The translations under genes were made by a program, and so were the position numbers. From a virus: a DNA stretch of 64,000 bases. This document shows positions 28,128 to 38,755 of the stretch, piece by piece. Location: IMG/VR virus record IMGVR_UViG_3300021430_000595; one strand, 5' to 3'. Every line of letters starts with the position of its first letter. Within the stretch, counting starts at the first letter, position 1. The notes below the pieces were generated by a model. That model was not told the DNA's origin, did no database searches, and saw nothing but the letters and a program-made list of their open reading frames with translations.

Positions 28128-28481
28128 ATGGGTAAATTATCAAAAAAACAAATTGACAAGACACTGAAGTCTGATGAACCAATCGAGTATGATAAATTAA
28201 GGTTGGATGTTTTAAAAAGTTTGGTTGAAAGTAGAAATATCGATTGTAAACCAACAAAAGAAGTTATGGTTAAAACATTAATCATGGACGATGAGGGGAA
28301 ATATATAAGACCAATAGAGTATCAAAAACAAAGTGATAATAAGTTTATGGTTGGGATTGATATTAGAGACTCCGATAACTGTAGAGAGATGGGAAAATTA
28401 GTGGAAAAAGGAATTGCACATAGAATGAACCTTTACAGTAACGACAGAGTTTATTATATTTCAAGTCAAAAACTATCATGA
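28128..28481 (+). CDS. Hypothetical protein with possible SAP/HeH-like N-terminal motif
   Basis: YDKLRLDVLKSLVESRNI....TKEVMVKTL. Confidence 0.5.
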   Translation: MGKLSKKQIDKTLKSDEPIEYDKLRLDVLKSLVESRNIDCKPTKEVMVKTLIMDDEGKYIRPIEYQKQSDNKFMVGIDIRDSDNCREMGKLVEKGIAHRMNLYSNDRVYYISSQKLS

Positions 28482-28918
28482 ACTGGACCGAATACTTTTT
28501 AAACATTGCGGAAAACGTAAAAATCAAATCTAAAGACCAATCAACACAGATTGGTGCTGTTATAGTGGGTGAGGATAATGAAGTGTTATCTACGGGTTAT
28601 AACTCATTCCCAAGAGGATTGGATGACACTAAACAAGAACGTCAAGAAAGACCCGAAAAATACTTTTGGTTTGAACACGCTGAAAGAAATGCAATATATA
28701 ACGCCGCAAGGGTTGGAACACCTTTAAAAAATGCATCAATTTACATCACATCGGGAGTTCCTTGTATGGATTGTGCGAGAGGTATTGTAAATGCCGGTAT
28801 TAAGAAAGTTTATTGTAAAACTGTCTGTACAACAACTAATAAAGAAAAATGGGAAGAGTCCCAAAAAAGGAGTATCGAACTATTAAATGAGTGTGGTGTT
28901 GAGGTTATTTATTACTAA
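28478..28918 (+). CDS. dCMP deaminase
   Basis: SKD.STQIGAVIV, TGYN, HAERNAI, PCMDC. Confidence 0.93.
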   Translation: MNWTEYFLNIAENVKIKSKDQSTQIGAVIVGEDNEVLSTGYNSFPRGLDDTKQERQERPEKYFWFEHAERNAIYNAARVGTPLKNASIYITSGVPCMDCARGIVNAGIKKVYCKTVCTTTNKEKWEESQKRSIELLNECGVEVIYY

Positions 28919-29186
28919 GTTTTTTAACTTTAACCATTAAGTCTCCACTTCCTTTTATAATTCTGTGATAAACACCTTCAGGTATGTGAATGGGGGTGTT
29001 TTTTTTTATCTTTACAGGTAATTCATCATCCATTTGAAACAACCAATCGGTTTCATATTCACACACAACAATACGGTCTTCTTCATCGAAATGCCACTTT
29101 AATTCCATTTCGGATAAGTCTGAAGAAAATGTTCTGACGTAAAACCCGTCTTTTAATTGTTCTATAAATGGTAATTCTTTTACCAT
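28905..29186 (-). CDS. Small cupin-like protein
   Basis: WH.D.EDR and IPEGVYHRIIKG. Confidence 0.6.
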   Translation of the reverse strand: MVKELPFIEQLKDGFYVRTFSSDLSEMELKWHFDEEDRIVVCEYETDWLFQMDDELPVKIKKNTPIHIPEGVYHRIIKGSGDLMVKVKKLSNK

Positions 29187-30721
29187 GGATTAGATGATTT
29201 TATTCCTAAAGCCTTACGATATCTAGAAATGTTACATGACCAATATCCTGCGGTTGTTCTATCTTTCTTTTGGTCACACTTGTGACGAGCTCTGAATGAT
29301 TTTGCTGCCTTTTTATTACTACTTCTAATTTTTAAGTTAGGGTCACCAAAAGTCACTTTAACAATATTACCACTTTTATTTTTAACGTATACTGCGAATT
29401 TTTTAGGTCCACCCGGTGTTCTAAATGGTTTATTTAGTTTTACGTTTCTACCTCTGTGTTTCGCCTCAACAAGATATTCTTCTTCTCCGAGTATGAATGG
29501 TATATCTAAATAAACTTCTTCACCTTCGTAAATTCCTGTTTTACCAATATCGGTCATTAGTAATTCATAGTCCTCACCATATACCTCTATATACCCTTTT
29601 TTCAACAATTCTCTAGACTCATTAAATAGGTTAAAGAATTTCTCAGAATATACTCGATAAACATTCTCAATTAACGGTTTTTCTTTAGTTATATGGAAGT
29701 TTAAACCTTCACTAATGATAACCTTTGATTCGGACAATGTCGTCAATCTCGGTGGGTTATATGAGTCAATAACCTCATCAATATCTAATGTAATTATATT
29801 ATTTTCATTCATAGTGTGACTCATACCCATGTAACCGTTTTTCATATAGTATTTGTTATATGTTTCCATGATTTTCTCATAATCCTCACCCAATCCATTT
29901 TCATTCATTAAATTCTTAAACCAACTTAATGTGTGTTCATCATTTAAATCATTATAAACGGCACCATTGTTTAAATCATCAAACATGTGTCTGTATATTG
30001 CAAATTTACCCGATTTTAATTTTTCTCTATAATTAGAATTTCTAATAATAATGTAAACTAATAAACCTGATTCAATATGTTCGATAAAGTCTTCATCATC
30101 GTGTCTTTTTGTTGTACACCATTTAGTGTTTGCACCATATTTACACGATGCGTTGTGTGTAAATGGAACAACCATTAAGAAATCGGGTGTTTGTAAAATC
30201 TTGTTATACTCATTTGGTGAAACATCAAATGCTTCACTAATTGATTTTACATTCTCATCGTATCTAGTAAATGTGGGTTTATTACCTTTACCGGGTTTTG
30301 GGTCTTTCTTTTCTGCTCTTCTTTTCTGTGATGTCATTGATTTCTTCTCTTTTTTACTATATGAAGAAGCCAATTTTGGTGTATCTTTTGAAACCTTTTT
30401 TAATGGTCTACATTTTGGATAACCTTTTCTACCTTTCTCACCATCCGCAGATTTTCTACCGCAAGGGGGATGTTTACCGTCAATCTTTCTTGACACGTCA
30501 ACCCATTTTTCTTTAAACCACCTACCCAAATCTTCGGTAAGTACTTCACCACTTTCAATGGATTCTTTTACATATTGAAAATCCTCTTCACTAATGTGGA
30601 TTTTAGTTGTGTAGTCTTCAGTGTTGTCGTTACCACACTTGTGGCACACATATGGGTCATTACCCCCTTCTGAGAGTTTCCAATTCCACCCACATTCATG
30701 ACAAGTAATTTTTTTATCCAT
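29180..30721 (-). CDS. Multi-module hypothetical protein with N-terminal Zn ribbon and basic Cys-containing modules
   Basis: CHEC...CHKC; RWFKEKWVD..PCGR..YPKC; YGANTKWCT; C-terminal KLNKPFR...FGDP...SFRARHKC...GYWSC. Confidence 0.65.
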   Translation of the reverse strand: MDKKITCHECGWNWKLSEGGNDPYVCHKCGNDNTEDYTTKIHISEEDFQYVKESIESGEVLTEDLGRWFKEKWVDVSRKIDGKHPPCGRKSADGEKGRKGYPKCRPLKKVSKDTPKLASSYSKKEKKSMTSQKRRAEKKDPKPGKGNKPTFTRYDENVKSISEAFDVSPNEYNKILQTPDFLMVVPFTHNASCKYGANTKWCTTKRHDDEDFIEHIESGLLVYIIIRNSNYREKLKSGKFAIYRHMFDDLNNGAVYNDLNDEHTLSWFKNLMNENGLGEDYEKIMETYNKYYMKNGYMGMSHTMNENNIITLDIDEVIDSYNPPRLTTLSESKVIISEGLNFHITKEKPLIENVYRVYSEKFFNLFNESRELLKKGYIEVYGEDYELLMTDIGKTGIYEGEEVYLDIPFILGEEEYLVEAKHRGRNVKLNKPFRTPGGPKKFAVYVKNKSGNIVKVTFGDPNLKIRSSNKKAAKSFRARHKCDQKKDRTTAGYWSCNISRYRKALGIKSSNPW

Positions 30722-30723
30722 TA

Positions 30724-31209
30724 TTAATAAATATTTGGTTTTATTAGTTTTAAAAATTCAACCCAAACATCTTGTGAGCTTTCATTTCTACCAATATTAG
30801 CACTATAACAACTTAATACAACATTACCTTTAATATAACCAAAGTTAATATCTAAACGGTCTAATGACGGTTGTTGGGGGTGTTTTTTAATTTCGGAAGG
30901 TATTAAATCGACACCGAACCAATAACATTTACCGTTTTGTTTTTTAAATAAATAATTTATATAATCAACATCAATATCTATTTCATGATTTCTATATTTA
31001 CAATCGTGTAATAGTGTATTTTGCCACAATCTAATTCTTCTTTCTTTTTGTTTAGTTGATTCTTCTTTGCGAAATTCAGGACTTTCTCTTTTTTTCCTTT
31101 TGTATTCTCTCGTAACAATTAAATGACAATTTTTACATGTTGAACTTCTTTTTGGATTATAAAAATCGATGTCATCTTTAATTATGTTACATTTATTACA
31201 TTTTTTCAT
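30724..31209 (-). mobile_element. Free-standing His-Me-finger (HNH/EndoVII-like) endonuclease
   Basis: CNKC...CKNC; QNGKCYW; PSLDRLD...GY.KGNVVLSC..AN. Confidence 0.8.
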
Positions 31210-31213
31210 AAAA

Positions 31214-31249
31214 TATGTTTATCCATTTATAAATATGTGGATAAACATA
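31214..31249 (-). promoter_or_regulatory. 12-bp hairpin over the endonuclease initiation region with TATTTAT in the loop
   Basis: TATGTTTATCCA / TGGATAAACATA perfect inverted repeat; the loop carries the motif at 31229-31235. Confidence 0.75.
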
Positions 31250-31262
31250 GAAAATTGGTAAA

Positions 31263-31688
31263 TTAAATTTTTTTCCATTTACCTCCCTTTGATTTGTATC
31301 TTTTAGCTGCCGCACCATTACAATACGCACTTGGACAAACTTTATATTTAGATTTAGCCCATGATAAACATGATGCCCAAAGTTTTGGATTTGTTGGTTT
31401 ATTTTTAGACTCGTCAATTTGATTTTCCTCATTTAATGAATCTTTAGTTGTGTTCATTAAAAAGTCAAATACTTGGTCCATATTCTCTTTCGCAACTGTG
31501 ATATGGTCATCAGCCCAATCATGACCATTTTGTAATATTTCCTCAACAACCATAGGGTCTAATTCTAACAGAAGTTGACATTGTCTATGTATTTGTTTTA
31601 GATTACTGAAGAACATGTAGTTCTCAGTTTTTTCCTCACTTTTGTAAGGTGCTAATTGTTGTTTTATAATTCCTTCTAAATTGTCCAT
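31263..31688 (-). CDS. Hypothetical protein with basic C-terminal module
   Basis: GHDWA.DHI; PTNPKLW...AKSKY...PSAY.NG....Y...GGKW. TATTTAT at 31693-31699. Confidence 0.65.
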   Translation of the reverse strand: MDNLEGIIKQQLAPYKSEEKTENYMFFSNLKQIHRQCQLLLELDPMVVEEILQNGHDWADDHITVAKENMDQVFDFLMNTTKDSLNEENQIDESKNKPTNPKLWASCLSWAKSKYKVCPSAYCNGAAAKRYKSKGGKWKKI

Positions 31689-31702
31689 AATGATAAATAT
31701 TT

Positions 31703-33079
31703 TTATTTTTCTGATAGTATTTCAAACTTCACGTAGTTATCATAGAATATCTCTTCCGTGTAAGTTTTGGCTTTAAATTCCATGTAATATTCCCTTGGAA
31801 TCATATATGAGGTATCCAAGAAGAAAGAGTTCTCATTTGTGACATCAGTTTTTGTCCAATCATATATAACAACATTGGTGTTACCTTCTTTAATGAATAT
31901 TCTGTAATAAACTTCATCAAATAGAATTGTTCTAGATTGTTCAATTGACTTTAGATTTAATACTACTTTTTTTAATTCTCCTCTGATTATTTTCTCATTT
32001 TGTTTAATACCGGAGAATTGTATTTTGTATGATTGCGTTTCTGTTGGATTTTCACCGACTGTATACCCAAAAGTATATGGTTTAGGAACGAATTTTTGGG
32101 TAACATCCGCAATAGATACCCCATCTAAACTTAAATTTTTCCATTTATCATAAAAGAATCTTTTACCATCACAAAGTTGTCCGGTAATACCAAATGATAC
32201 CTTATAAACACCTTTCCTAATCTTTGTAGTTGTAAGACCCGTTAAACCCGAAATAGAAACACTACTTGAGTTTAAAATGTCAACTGTAGGGTTAGTGTCT
32301 AAATCATAGAAATTAGTCCCTTTGGTAACATACAAGTAAAGGTTATTTGTTCTTTCCGCAATAAAATTCTGTCTATTATCTTCTATGGTATCATCAAATA
32401 TCGTCTCCACAAATGGTTCAAAGAATGTTTGGGTGTATTTTGTGAAAAAAGATACTGATTGTTCGGTATCTAAATTATCAATTGTCTCATATTGATTATC
32501 AAACTTAATACCCAAACCATTATCGGTATTACCTGAAAGAATTATTCCATTAACATAATTGGTAATGTCTAAGTTAATATTCTCATTACCATTGGTAAAA
32601 TGGATAGTGTTAATAACTGTTGAACCTGTTGAATATATACCCTGAGTTGTCCAACCACTTAATGTTGTTTTATTAAACCAATTCGATGGTCTATTATCAA
32701 AAACCTTGTTACCTAAACTATCATCATAGTTAACAAATTCATAGTCAAAACCAACACCTTCATCCCAAGATTCATCTATTTTGAAAACAACCAAATCAAA
32801 AGAAGTTGCTCTTTGTCTACCGGTGGCTCTATCATCACCAATTAATTTGGGGTCACCAATAACAGTATTTGTCATTTTTAAATAATGACGGGTATTTGCG
32901 TTGATTACTAAGTCACCGTTATTTACCTTATTTTGTAAATCAGTGAAATCCACTTTAAAAATAAATCTAGAAAGTCCTAATCCGTAATAAATCTCTGTTG
33001 TTGGATTTTTTGCGGTATTGACATTACTATCTTTTATTATAGTGTTATTTTTTGAGAAATATGAACGATAATATGACAT
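31703..33079 (-). CDS. Putative virion structural protein
   Basis: Beta-rich, SWDEGVG, several [ST]GxT motifs; TATTTAT at 33093-33099. Confidence 0.6.
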   Translation of the reverse strand: MSYYRSYFSKNNTIIKDSNVNTAKNPTTEIYYGLGLSRFIFKVDFTDLQNKVNNGDLVINANTRHYLKMTNTVIGDPKLIGDDRATGRQRATSFDLVVFKIDESWDEGVGFDYEFVNYDDSLGNKVFDNRPSNWFNKTTLSGWTTQGIYSTGSTVINTIHFTNGNENINLDITNYVNGIILSGNTDNGLGIKFDNQYETIDNLDTEQSVSFFTKYTQTFFEPFVETIFDDTIEDNRQNFIAERTNNLYLYVTKGTNFYDLDTNPTVDILNSSSVSISGLTGLTTTKIRKGVYKVSFGITGQLCDGKRFFYDKWKNLSLDGVSIADVTQKFVPKPYTFGYTVGENPTETQSYKIQFSGIKQNEKIIRGELKKVVLNLKSIEQSRTILFDEVYYRIFIKEGNTNVVIYDWTKTDVTNENSFFLDTSYMIPREYYMEFKAKTYTEEIFYDNYVKFEILSEK

Positions 33080-33104
33080 TGGCTTTTATCTAATAAATAT
33101 CTTT

Positions 33105-34694
33105 TTAGTTCAATTTAATAGAAGTATTTATTAAATCTTGTCTTAACTTGTTGTATAGTCGTTCCATTTCGGTATGTGCATCATAATCACCCTTCACATA
33201 CGGTTTATTTATATTGTGTACGTGAGTTGTGAGAACTTTATATACCGCATCGATAAATTCTAGTAGTATTTCACCTCTAACAAATGAATAAGTATTGGGG
33301 TCAATTTTTTCAATATAATCCTCTTGTGTATATTCGTAAGTGTTTAAATTAGAAAAATCAACTGTCTTGTCTGTGAAATTAGTATCAGTTGAAAGTAAGT
33401 ATAGTTTGTCCGCTGTTATGTTTGCAAAAGTTTGTTCCTTAACCGTGGTATCTGTTTTTAACACCTGTTTGGTTTTTTCAATATTTCTTTCAGGTGGTGA
33501 TATTTTATCGGTACTAAAAACCAACCCTGAACCTGAAGTTGTACTTGAAGTCAAATAAATCTTTGAAAAAATTAATGTTCTATTTTGAAATTCCGTACTT
33601 GAGGATGTTACCCTATTTTTAAATTCAAATGTTGGTCTAAAATAAAATGGGTGTATTTCAATTAATTCATTTGGGTTAAATGTACCTACATTAGTTACTA
33701 TTAGATTAGTTAATATTTTAAATGGTAAAATACCGTTAAACCCCTTTTTATGAACATCTTTTAAATTGTTTCGTATTGAAAGGTATGTTTGATAAATTTT
33801 GTTGTTCAATGTTGAGCCGGTAAATCCATCAACTTCATTTAAATCTATTCTATATGTGTACGTATTACCCGATTCAGTTAAAAATACCGTTTCTCCCTGT
33901 AACATTTCTGTAGATTCTGTAAAGTTGTTTGAATCGTATTTTGGTACTGAAAAATTTGGTGAAATTTGATAAACATAAAAATTACAGTATCTTGGGTTAC
34001 TTAAATCATCAACATCATATTCAATAATAAATTTAAGTCTTTTACTTTCAACTACACGTTGTGTTTCAACTTCCTCAACTAAAAACTTCTTTTCTGCGAA
34101 TTTTTTTAAATGAAGTTTCGCAGCCTTTTTTGACATTAACGGGAAACCCTTAGCAATTAATTCTCGTTCAGAAGTACTTGCTCTATTTTTAGATAATAAT
34201 TTACCACCCCTCAAAACAACACCACCCTCGGTAAAAACCGCATCAGAACCGTATTTACCCGATATCGAATAATCTTTATATTTCGAAAGTGCATTTTTTG
34301 AGTTTTCTGGTAATTCACCATTCTCATTTTTTATAATATCGTCTTTTGGTTTAACTGAAACACCATAAGACGTGTCCGCAATCTGTTCATTAAACGTCTG
34401 AGAATTAAAATCGAATCTAGTAGTAAACGGACCCGCGATGTATTCTTGGTTAACTGTTGTTTTTTCAGTGTCGTATCTGATTATTTTAACAGTTTGTTTT
34501 AATTCAGGTATGAAGTTTATATTGTTCGGTAAAAACGGTATTGCTAAAAATGGGTCATCTTTACTCCATTTTTCATAATTGTCTTTTATATTGGATTTAC
34601 CCCCAACAAAATCATCATAATCAATAACACGTATTCTACCCAAACCCTTTGGGTCGTTATTATCAATACAAACACCTAAATCAACTATTTTCAT
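33105..34694 (-). CDS. Baseplate hub/spike protein (gp5/VgrG OB-fold-like N-terminus)
   Basis: GVCIDNNDPKGLGRIRV; C-terminal VRGE.LL...THVH metal-tip-like motif. Confidence 0.7.
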   Translation of the reverse strand: MKIVDLGVCIDNNDPKGLGRIRVIDYDDFVGGKSNIKDNYEKWSKDDPFLAIPFLPNNINFIPELKQTVKIIRYDTEKTTVNQEYIAGPFTTRFDFNSQTFNEQIADTSYGVSVKPKDDIIKNENGELPENSKNALSKYKDYSISGKYGSDAVFTEGGVVLRGGKLLSKNRASTSERELIAKGFPLMSKKAAKLHLKKFAEKKFLVEEVETQRVVESKRLKFIIEYDVDDLSNPRYCNFYVYQISPNFSVPKYDSNNFTESTEMLQGETVFLTESGNTYTYRIDLNEVDGFTGSTLNNKIYQTYLSIRNNLKDVHKKGFNGILPFKILTNLIVTNVGTFNPNELIEIHPFYFRPTFEFKNRVTSSSTEFQNRTLIFSKIYLTSSTTSGSGLVFSTDKISPPERNIEKTKQVLKTDTTVKEQTFANITADKLYLLSTDTNFTDKTVDFSNLNTYEYTQEDYIEKIDPNTYSFVRGEILLEFIDAVYKVLTTHVHNINKPYVKGDYDAHTEMERLYNKLRQDLINTSIKLN

Positions 34695-34891
34695 TATAAT
34701 TTTCTGTTTTCAATTTCTTTCACAACCTTTTCGTATAACTCTTCAATCTTTTCAAGTTTATGAGTTAAATCAATAATTAACGTTTTTAACTCCTCATGTT
34801 GTTTATACAAAAATTCTTCAGTTTCAAACAAATCTTTGTTTGATTTATGTTCTATGTTCTCTATTACATTTACAAATTTATCTTTGTCCAT
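34694..34891 (-). CDS. Small coiled-coil hypothetical protein
   Basis: Likely start is ATG 34891. Confidence 0.5.
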   Translation of the reverse strand: MDKDKFVNVIENIEHKSNKDLFETEEFLYKQHEELKTLIIDLTHKLEKIEELYEKVVKEIENRKL

Positions 34892-34892
34892 A

Positions 34893-36872
34893 TTAAAACT
34901 TTTTACCAACACCCGATATTACTCCGGGTGGTATTATCGCACCACCTGCCAATGGTGGTCCAGGTAATGCCCCTCCTTGTAGAACTATTTTAACAAACGA
35001 ATTGGAATCCTCTTCTTCGGTGTGACCATCAACAATCGATTTTACCAAATTACCTATATCATTACTTTCACCATAAAGTGGTCCTGTTGGTACACCTGAA
35101 GCTTCTAATCTGTTCATAATATTCATAAACGCTCTGTCTTGACTATATCCCGGTAATGCATCTGAAAATAGTAAAAGAATTGGTGGTACCGATATTGGTG
35201 TTCTCGCGGAAAGTGCAGCTTCGATGGTTGATAGTATTGTTTGAAATAAATCATAACAATTGTTCAATTCATTATCCAATACTTTCCTTAATAACATTAT
35301 TAATGATGTTATAATTAACAAGTATCTTTTGTACTTATTTTTGATTATTTTTTGTACAATTTTACTTACAAATGCAATTAAATCTATTTTAATTAATCTC
35401 CAAAATTCTTTGATAAAAATCCAAAATAAATCTGACACTATTTTAGAGATTGCTTTATAGAACTTTTTAACCAAATCTTTTATATTGATGTATGCATTTA
35501 TTAAACCTGTTTTGAATATCTTATAAAGGATAATTAATGGTAAAAATAATTTAGCGGACAATATAGACATCATTAATGCCTTTGGTAAATTAAGTATGAA
35601 ATTGTTAAGTAAATTATTTAAAAAATCTGCAATAGATAGTGATGAATCTGACTGTTCAAATGCGTCTCTTGCAACATTTTCTAACGTATCGTCTATCGAA
35701 TTTAAAGTACCTTTATTATTTGATAAATAAATAAAATCTTCAACATGTGAATCATCAATAGGGATTTCAAAATTGTAACAATCTTTAAATCTTAAAACTC
35801 TTCTAAATCTTGCATTTTCATCATCCAAATCAATTCCCTCAACATCATCAAAATCAAAATAAAACTCAAGGTCTTCTTCGTCTTCATCAAACATATCTAC
35901 AGGTGTTTGATTTTTTAATTCATCTTTGTTTTTTTCACTACCACAAAACGATAATAACTTATTTATAAGTCTCATTATCTTATCCAACGAAACGTTAAAC
36001 TTATTCGAATCACTACAACTAGACCCTCCTTGAATTGTTAATAACATTGATTGTTTTACAATATCATTGATGTCAGGAAACTCTAACGAACTGTAGTAAT
36101 TTTGAATAAAATCTTGTACTTTAACCGCATTTGGTGTTCCTTGGGTTAATCCAGTAAAAACAAATTGTTGGGTTGAAGCACTCCATGTTGCGGTAAATAA
36201 ATCCGTACCACTATTTGAACTAAACGTGTATGTATTTCCGTTTGAAATTATATCGTAAAGTTCTCTATTTGTTTTTTGTTTGTTTTTGTCAGGTGATTTG
36301 GGTTCATACACTAATTGGCCACAAGTACTATCAGGGTCAATTGTAAAAATATCTAAGAAATCAAATTCATCGGGTCTTAATGCGATTGTATCAATAGCGA
36401 ATAAAGATTCACTACCACAAATTCCATCACCCATAAACAACGCTTCTGATAATCTTTTTACTGCAATTTCTTTAGATTGACCAAGAGTTGTTTTAGTTGC
36501 ACTAATTGCATGTCTTTTGATTTTTCCTTTTGCTGGGTTTTTATCAACATTTACGTCAATACCAATCTTTGATGGATTAATTGTATTAATGTTACCAGCA
36601 CCTTCTCTTAATGTCTTCTTAGATGTTGTTATGAATTGTTCTGTTACTGTGATAAGTTCTGTAAAAATATCACTTTTATTGTCTTTTTTTTGTTTTCTCT
36701 TATTGTTTTTAAGTGCATCTAACTTATTACCAATAAGTTCTTCAGGATTCGGTAGATTATTTTGAAACGCATTAGAAAGTGAACCAAGACTCTCTTTTGG
36801 GTCATCATTGATTTTTTTAATTCCTTCAATTTTTGCTTGAAGAGTTTTTTTGGTTTCCTGTGTTTTACTCAT
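34893..36872 (-). CDS. Hypothetical protein, probable baseplate/virion-associated
   Basis: 659 aa in the operon with the gp5-like gene; contains a hydrophobic helical stretch. Confidence 0.55.
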   Translation of the reverse strand: MSKTQETKKTLQAKIEGIKKINDDPKESLGSLSNAFQNNLPNPEELIGNKLDALKNNKRKQKKDNKSDIFTELITVTEQFITTSKKTLREGAGNINTINPSKIGIDVNVDKNPAKGKIKRHAISATKTTLGQSKEIAVKRLSEALFMGDGICGSESLFAIDTIALRPDEFDFLDIFTIDPDSTCGQLVYEPKSPDKNKQKTNRELYDIISNGNTYTFSSNSGTDLFTATWSASTQQFVFTGLTQGTPNAVKVQDFIQNYYSSLEFPDINDIVKQSMLLTIQGGSSCSDSNKFNVSLDKIMRLINKLLSFCGSEKNKDELKNQTPVDMFDEDEEDLEFYFDFDDVEGIDLDDENARFRRVLRFKDCYNFEIPIDDSHVEDFIYLSNNKGTLNSIDDTLENVARDAFEQSDSSLSIADFLNNLLNNFILNLPKALMMSILSAKLFLPLIILYKIFKTGLINAYINIKDLVKKFYKAISKIVSDLFWIFIKEFWRLIKIDLIAFVSKIVQKIIKNKYKRYLLIITSLIMLLRKVLDNELNNCYDLFQTILSTIEAALSARTPISVPPILLLFSDALPGYSQDRAFMNIMNRLEASGVPTGPLYGESNDIGNLVKSIVDGHTEEEDSNSFVKIVLQGGALPGPPLAGGAIIPPGVISGVGKKF

Positions 36873-37252
36873 TATTCTCTATATGTACTTTCTTCATTTG
36901 AGTTATCACTCGTTTCGTTCATTAGTTTTTCAAGTAACGCCCTGTCTTCATCAGTTATTTGGAGTTTACCACCATTCGAATTGGGTCCCGAACCGTGCAT
37001 TTGTTTTAATAGAGCACTTTGTAATTTAACTAATGATATTTTTTTCTCGGTACAGTCATTTAGTATCTTTTGTTGCTCTTTAATGACAGGTCCGATAACA
37101 CTCATATCTTCCGCATCTTTCATAAATGTTAACATTTTCTTTGTTATCAACGATGCTGTGTTTTTTTGTTCTACAATATCATTATAAATCTCTTGCATTA
37201 GTGCAAGAGCGGAATCGGTGTCCAATGATATGATGTTTTTCCTCTGTCTCAT
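36872..37252 (-). CDS. Hypothetical coiled-coil protein
   Basis: 126 aa; TATTTAT at 37258-37264. Confidence 0.6.
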   Translation of the reverse strand: MRQRKNIISLDTDSALALMQEIYNDIVEQKNTASLITKKMLTFMKDAEDMSVIGPVIKEQQKILNDCTEKKISLVKLQSALLKQMHGSGPNSNGGKLQITDEDRALLEKLMNETSDNSNEESTYRE

Positions 37253-37273
37253 ACACTATAAATAGATAATAAG

Positions 37274-37972
37274 TTAATTTATGAACCCTGAAACAATTCC
37301 CTCATACACTTTTTTGTACTTTTTTAAAGATACCCTAATTTCTTTTGTTGAAAGTGAGGTCATTTCTCTTAGAGATAGTAAAATCAAGTTTTTGTTGAAT
37401 TTGTTACCGTCACCTATTTGGAATATTTTCTCAAAATTTGCAAAGACTTCAATCAATGCATAACCTAGTTTCTGTTCATTCTCATTAAGTTCTTCGGATT
37501 CCATAAAATTTTCTAGTTCGGTAACAAATTTCACTATCACATCTTTATAATCTAAGTGAAATTCATCAATTGAATAAGAAAATTCCATACTTTCTTCAAT
37601 GTCTGATGAAATATCATCATAAGACACATTTCTATTTAATTCTTTAGCATCCTTTTGGATTGCTCCCATTAAATAGTTTTTACAAATCGTACCAAAATAT
37701 GAATATGCTTTGTGATTCTTAGTATGGTCAAATTTGTTTATTTTAGTCATCAGAAATGACATAGTATCTGCATGAATATCGTCAAATTCTATGTCTTTTC
37801 TGTACAACTTATAACGTCGAATAATACTTTCGACCATTATTGTGAGAGGTTCTCTTAAATATTCATTGAATATCTTATTCTTATCTGTTTCGGATTCGGA
37901 TTCTAGGTATCGTACAACCGCTTGTTCTTGTTCCTCCCCAAAATATATTTTTTGGGTTCGTTTACGCGGCAT
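37274..37972 (-). CDS. Phage sigma factor (sigma70 region 2, T4 gp55-like)
   Basis: YF..EQE..V..Y...L..MVESII..Y...KINKFD.TK..KAYSYFGTICKNYL. Confidence 0.7.
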   Translation of the reverse strand: MPRKRTQKIYFGEEQEQAVVRYLESESETDKNKIFNEYLREPLTIMVESIIRRYKLYRKDIEFDDIHADTMSFLMTKINKFDHTKNHKAYSYFGTICKNYLMGAIQKDAKELNRNVSYDDISSDIEESMEFSYSIDEFHLDYKDVIVKFVTELENFMESEELNENEQKLGYALIEVFANFEKIFQIGDGNKFNKNLILLSLREMTSLSTKEIRVSLKKYKKVYEGIVSGFIN

Positions 37973-37975
37973 TTT

Positions 37976-38755
37976 TTAATTTTCTACATAATTTATATCT
38001 CTTATGTTCTTAAAGAAAAATTCTTTTTTCGCTGTGTCCAACCAGAACTTAACTTCTTTTTCAGATAACTTAACATCTTCAGAGTTTTTATAACTCCAAA
38101 ATAGTGAGTTTTCTCTAAAATTAACGTGTTGATAACCAACTCTCGGTACCGACATAATTAACACGTTGTTATGTGTTAATCTTAGAAGGAACTCATACCC
38201 AAAAGTAAGTTTAATGTTTGTTTTAAATTTACCATATTCTTTAACAATTGAGGTTTTATACAAACCACCACTAATTTGAAAATTTTGATATTCCAATAGT
38301 GCTTGATTATCTAAGAATCCTTGTTTATCGGTAAATCCATATGCCCATGTTGATTCATTGGTGTAACTTAAAAATTTACCATCAACATTAATGTCTTTAA
38401 CCAACGGAAGAAATACATTCACTTCGGGGTTTTCCCTCATATAAGTTGTCATTGACGGTAACCAATTTTTTGTGTATTCATCATCAATTTCTAATATTGA
38501 AAACCACTCGGTTTCACAATTTTCAATACCTAAATTAATTTGACTACAGAAATCAATCTCACCACTGTTCTCAACAAATCTATATTCCAAATTTGTTTCT
38601 TCTATTTTAATAGAAGATAAAACATTATTGGGTGCAACGATTAATAGTACAACGTCATTATAGAATTGTTCAACAGATTCTAATGCGTTTTTGAACATAT
38701 ACATATGTTCTTCGTCCCATTTATGAATGGGTAATATTACTGAGATGTTTTTCAT
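37976..38755 (-). CDS. Glycosyltransferase family 2 (GT-A)
   Basis: ISVILPIH; INLGIE..ETEWFSILEIDDEY; EFLLRL. Confidence 0.85.
   Translation of the reverse strand: MKNISVILPIHKWDEEHMYMFKNALESVEQFYNDVVLLIVAPNNVLSSIKIEETNLEYRFVENSGEIDFCSQINLGIENCETEWFSILEIDDEYTKNWLPSMTTYMRENPEVNVFLPLVKDINVDGKFLSYTNESTWAYGFTDKQGFLDNQALLEYQNFQISGGLYKTSIVKEYGKFKTNIKLTFGYEFLLRLTHNNVLIMSVPRVGYQHVNFRENSLFWSYKNSEDVKLSEKEVKFWLDTAKKEFFFKNIRDINYVEN

Noticed and set aside
30724-31262. Intron splitting the 141-aa and 513-aa ORFs
   Set aside because: The endonuclease stop abuts the next ATG and only about 50 nt lie upstream, so it is free-standing
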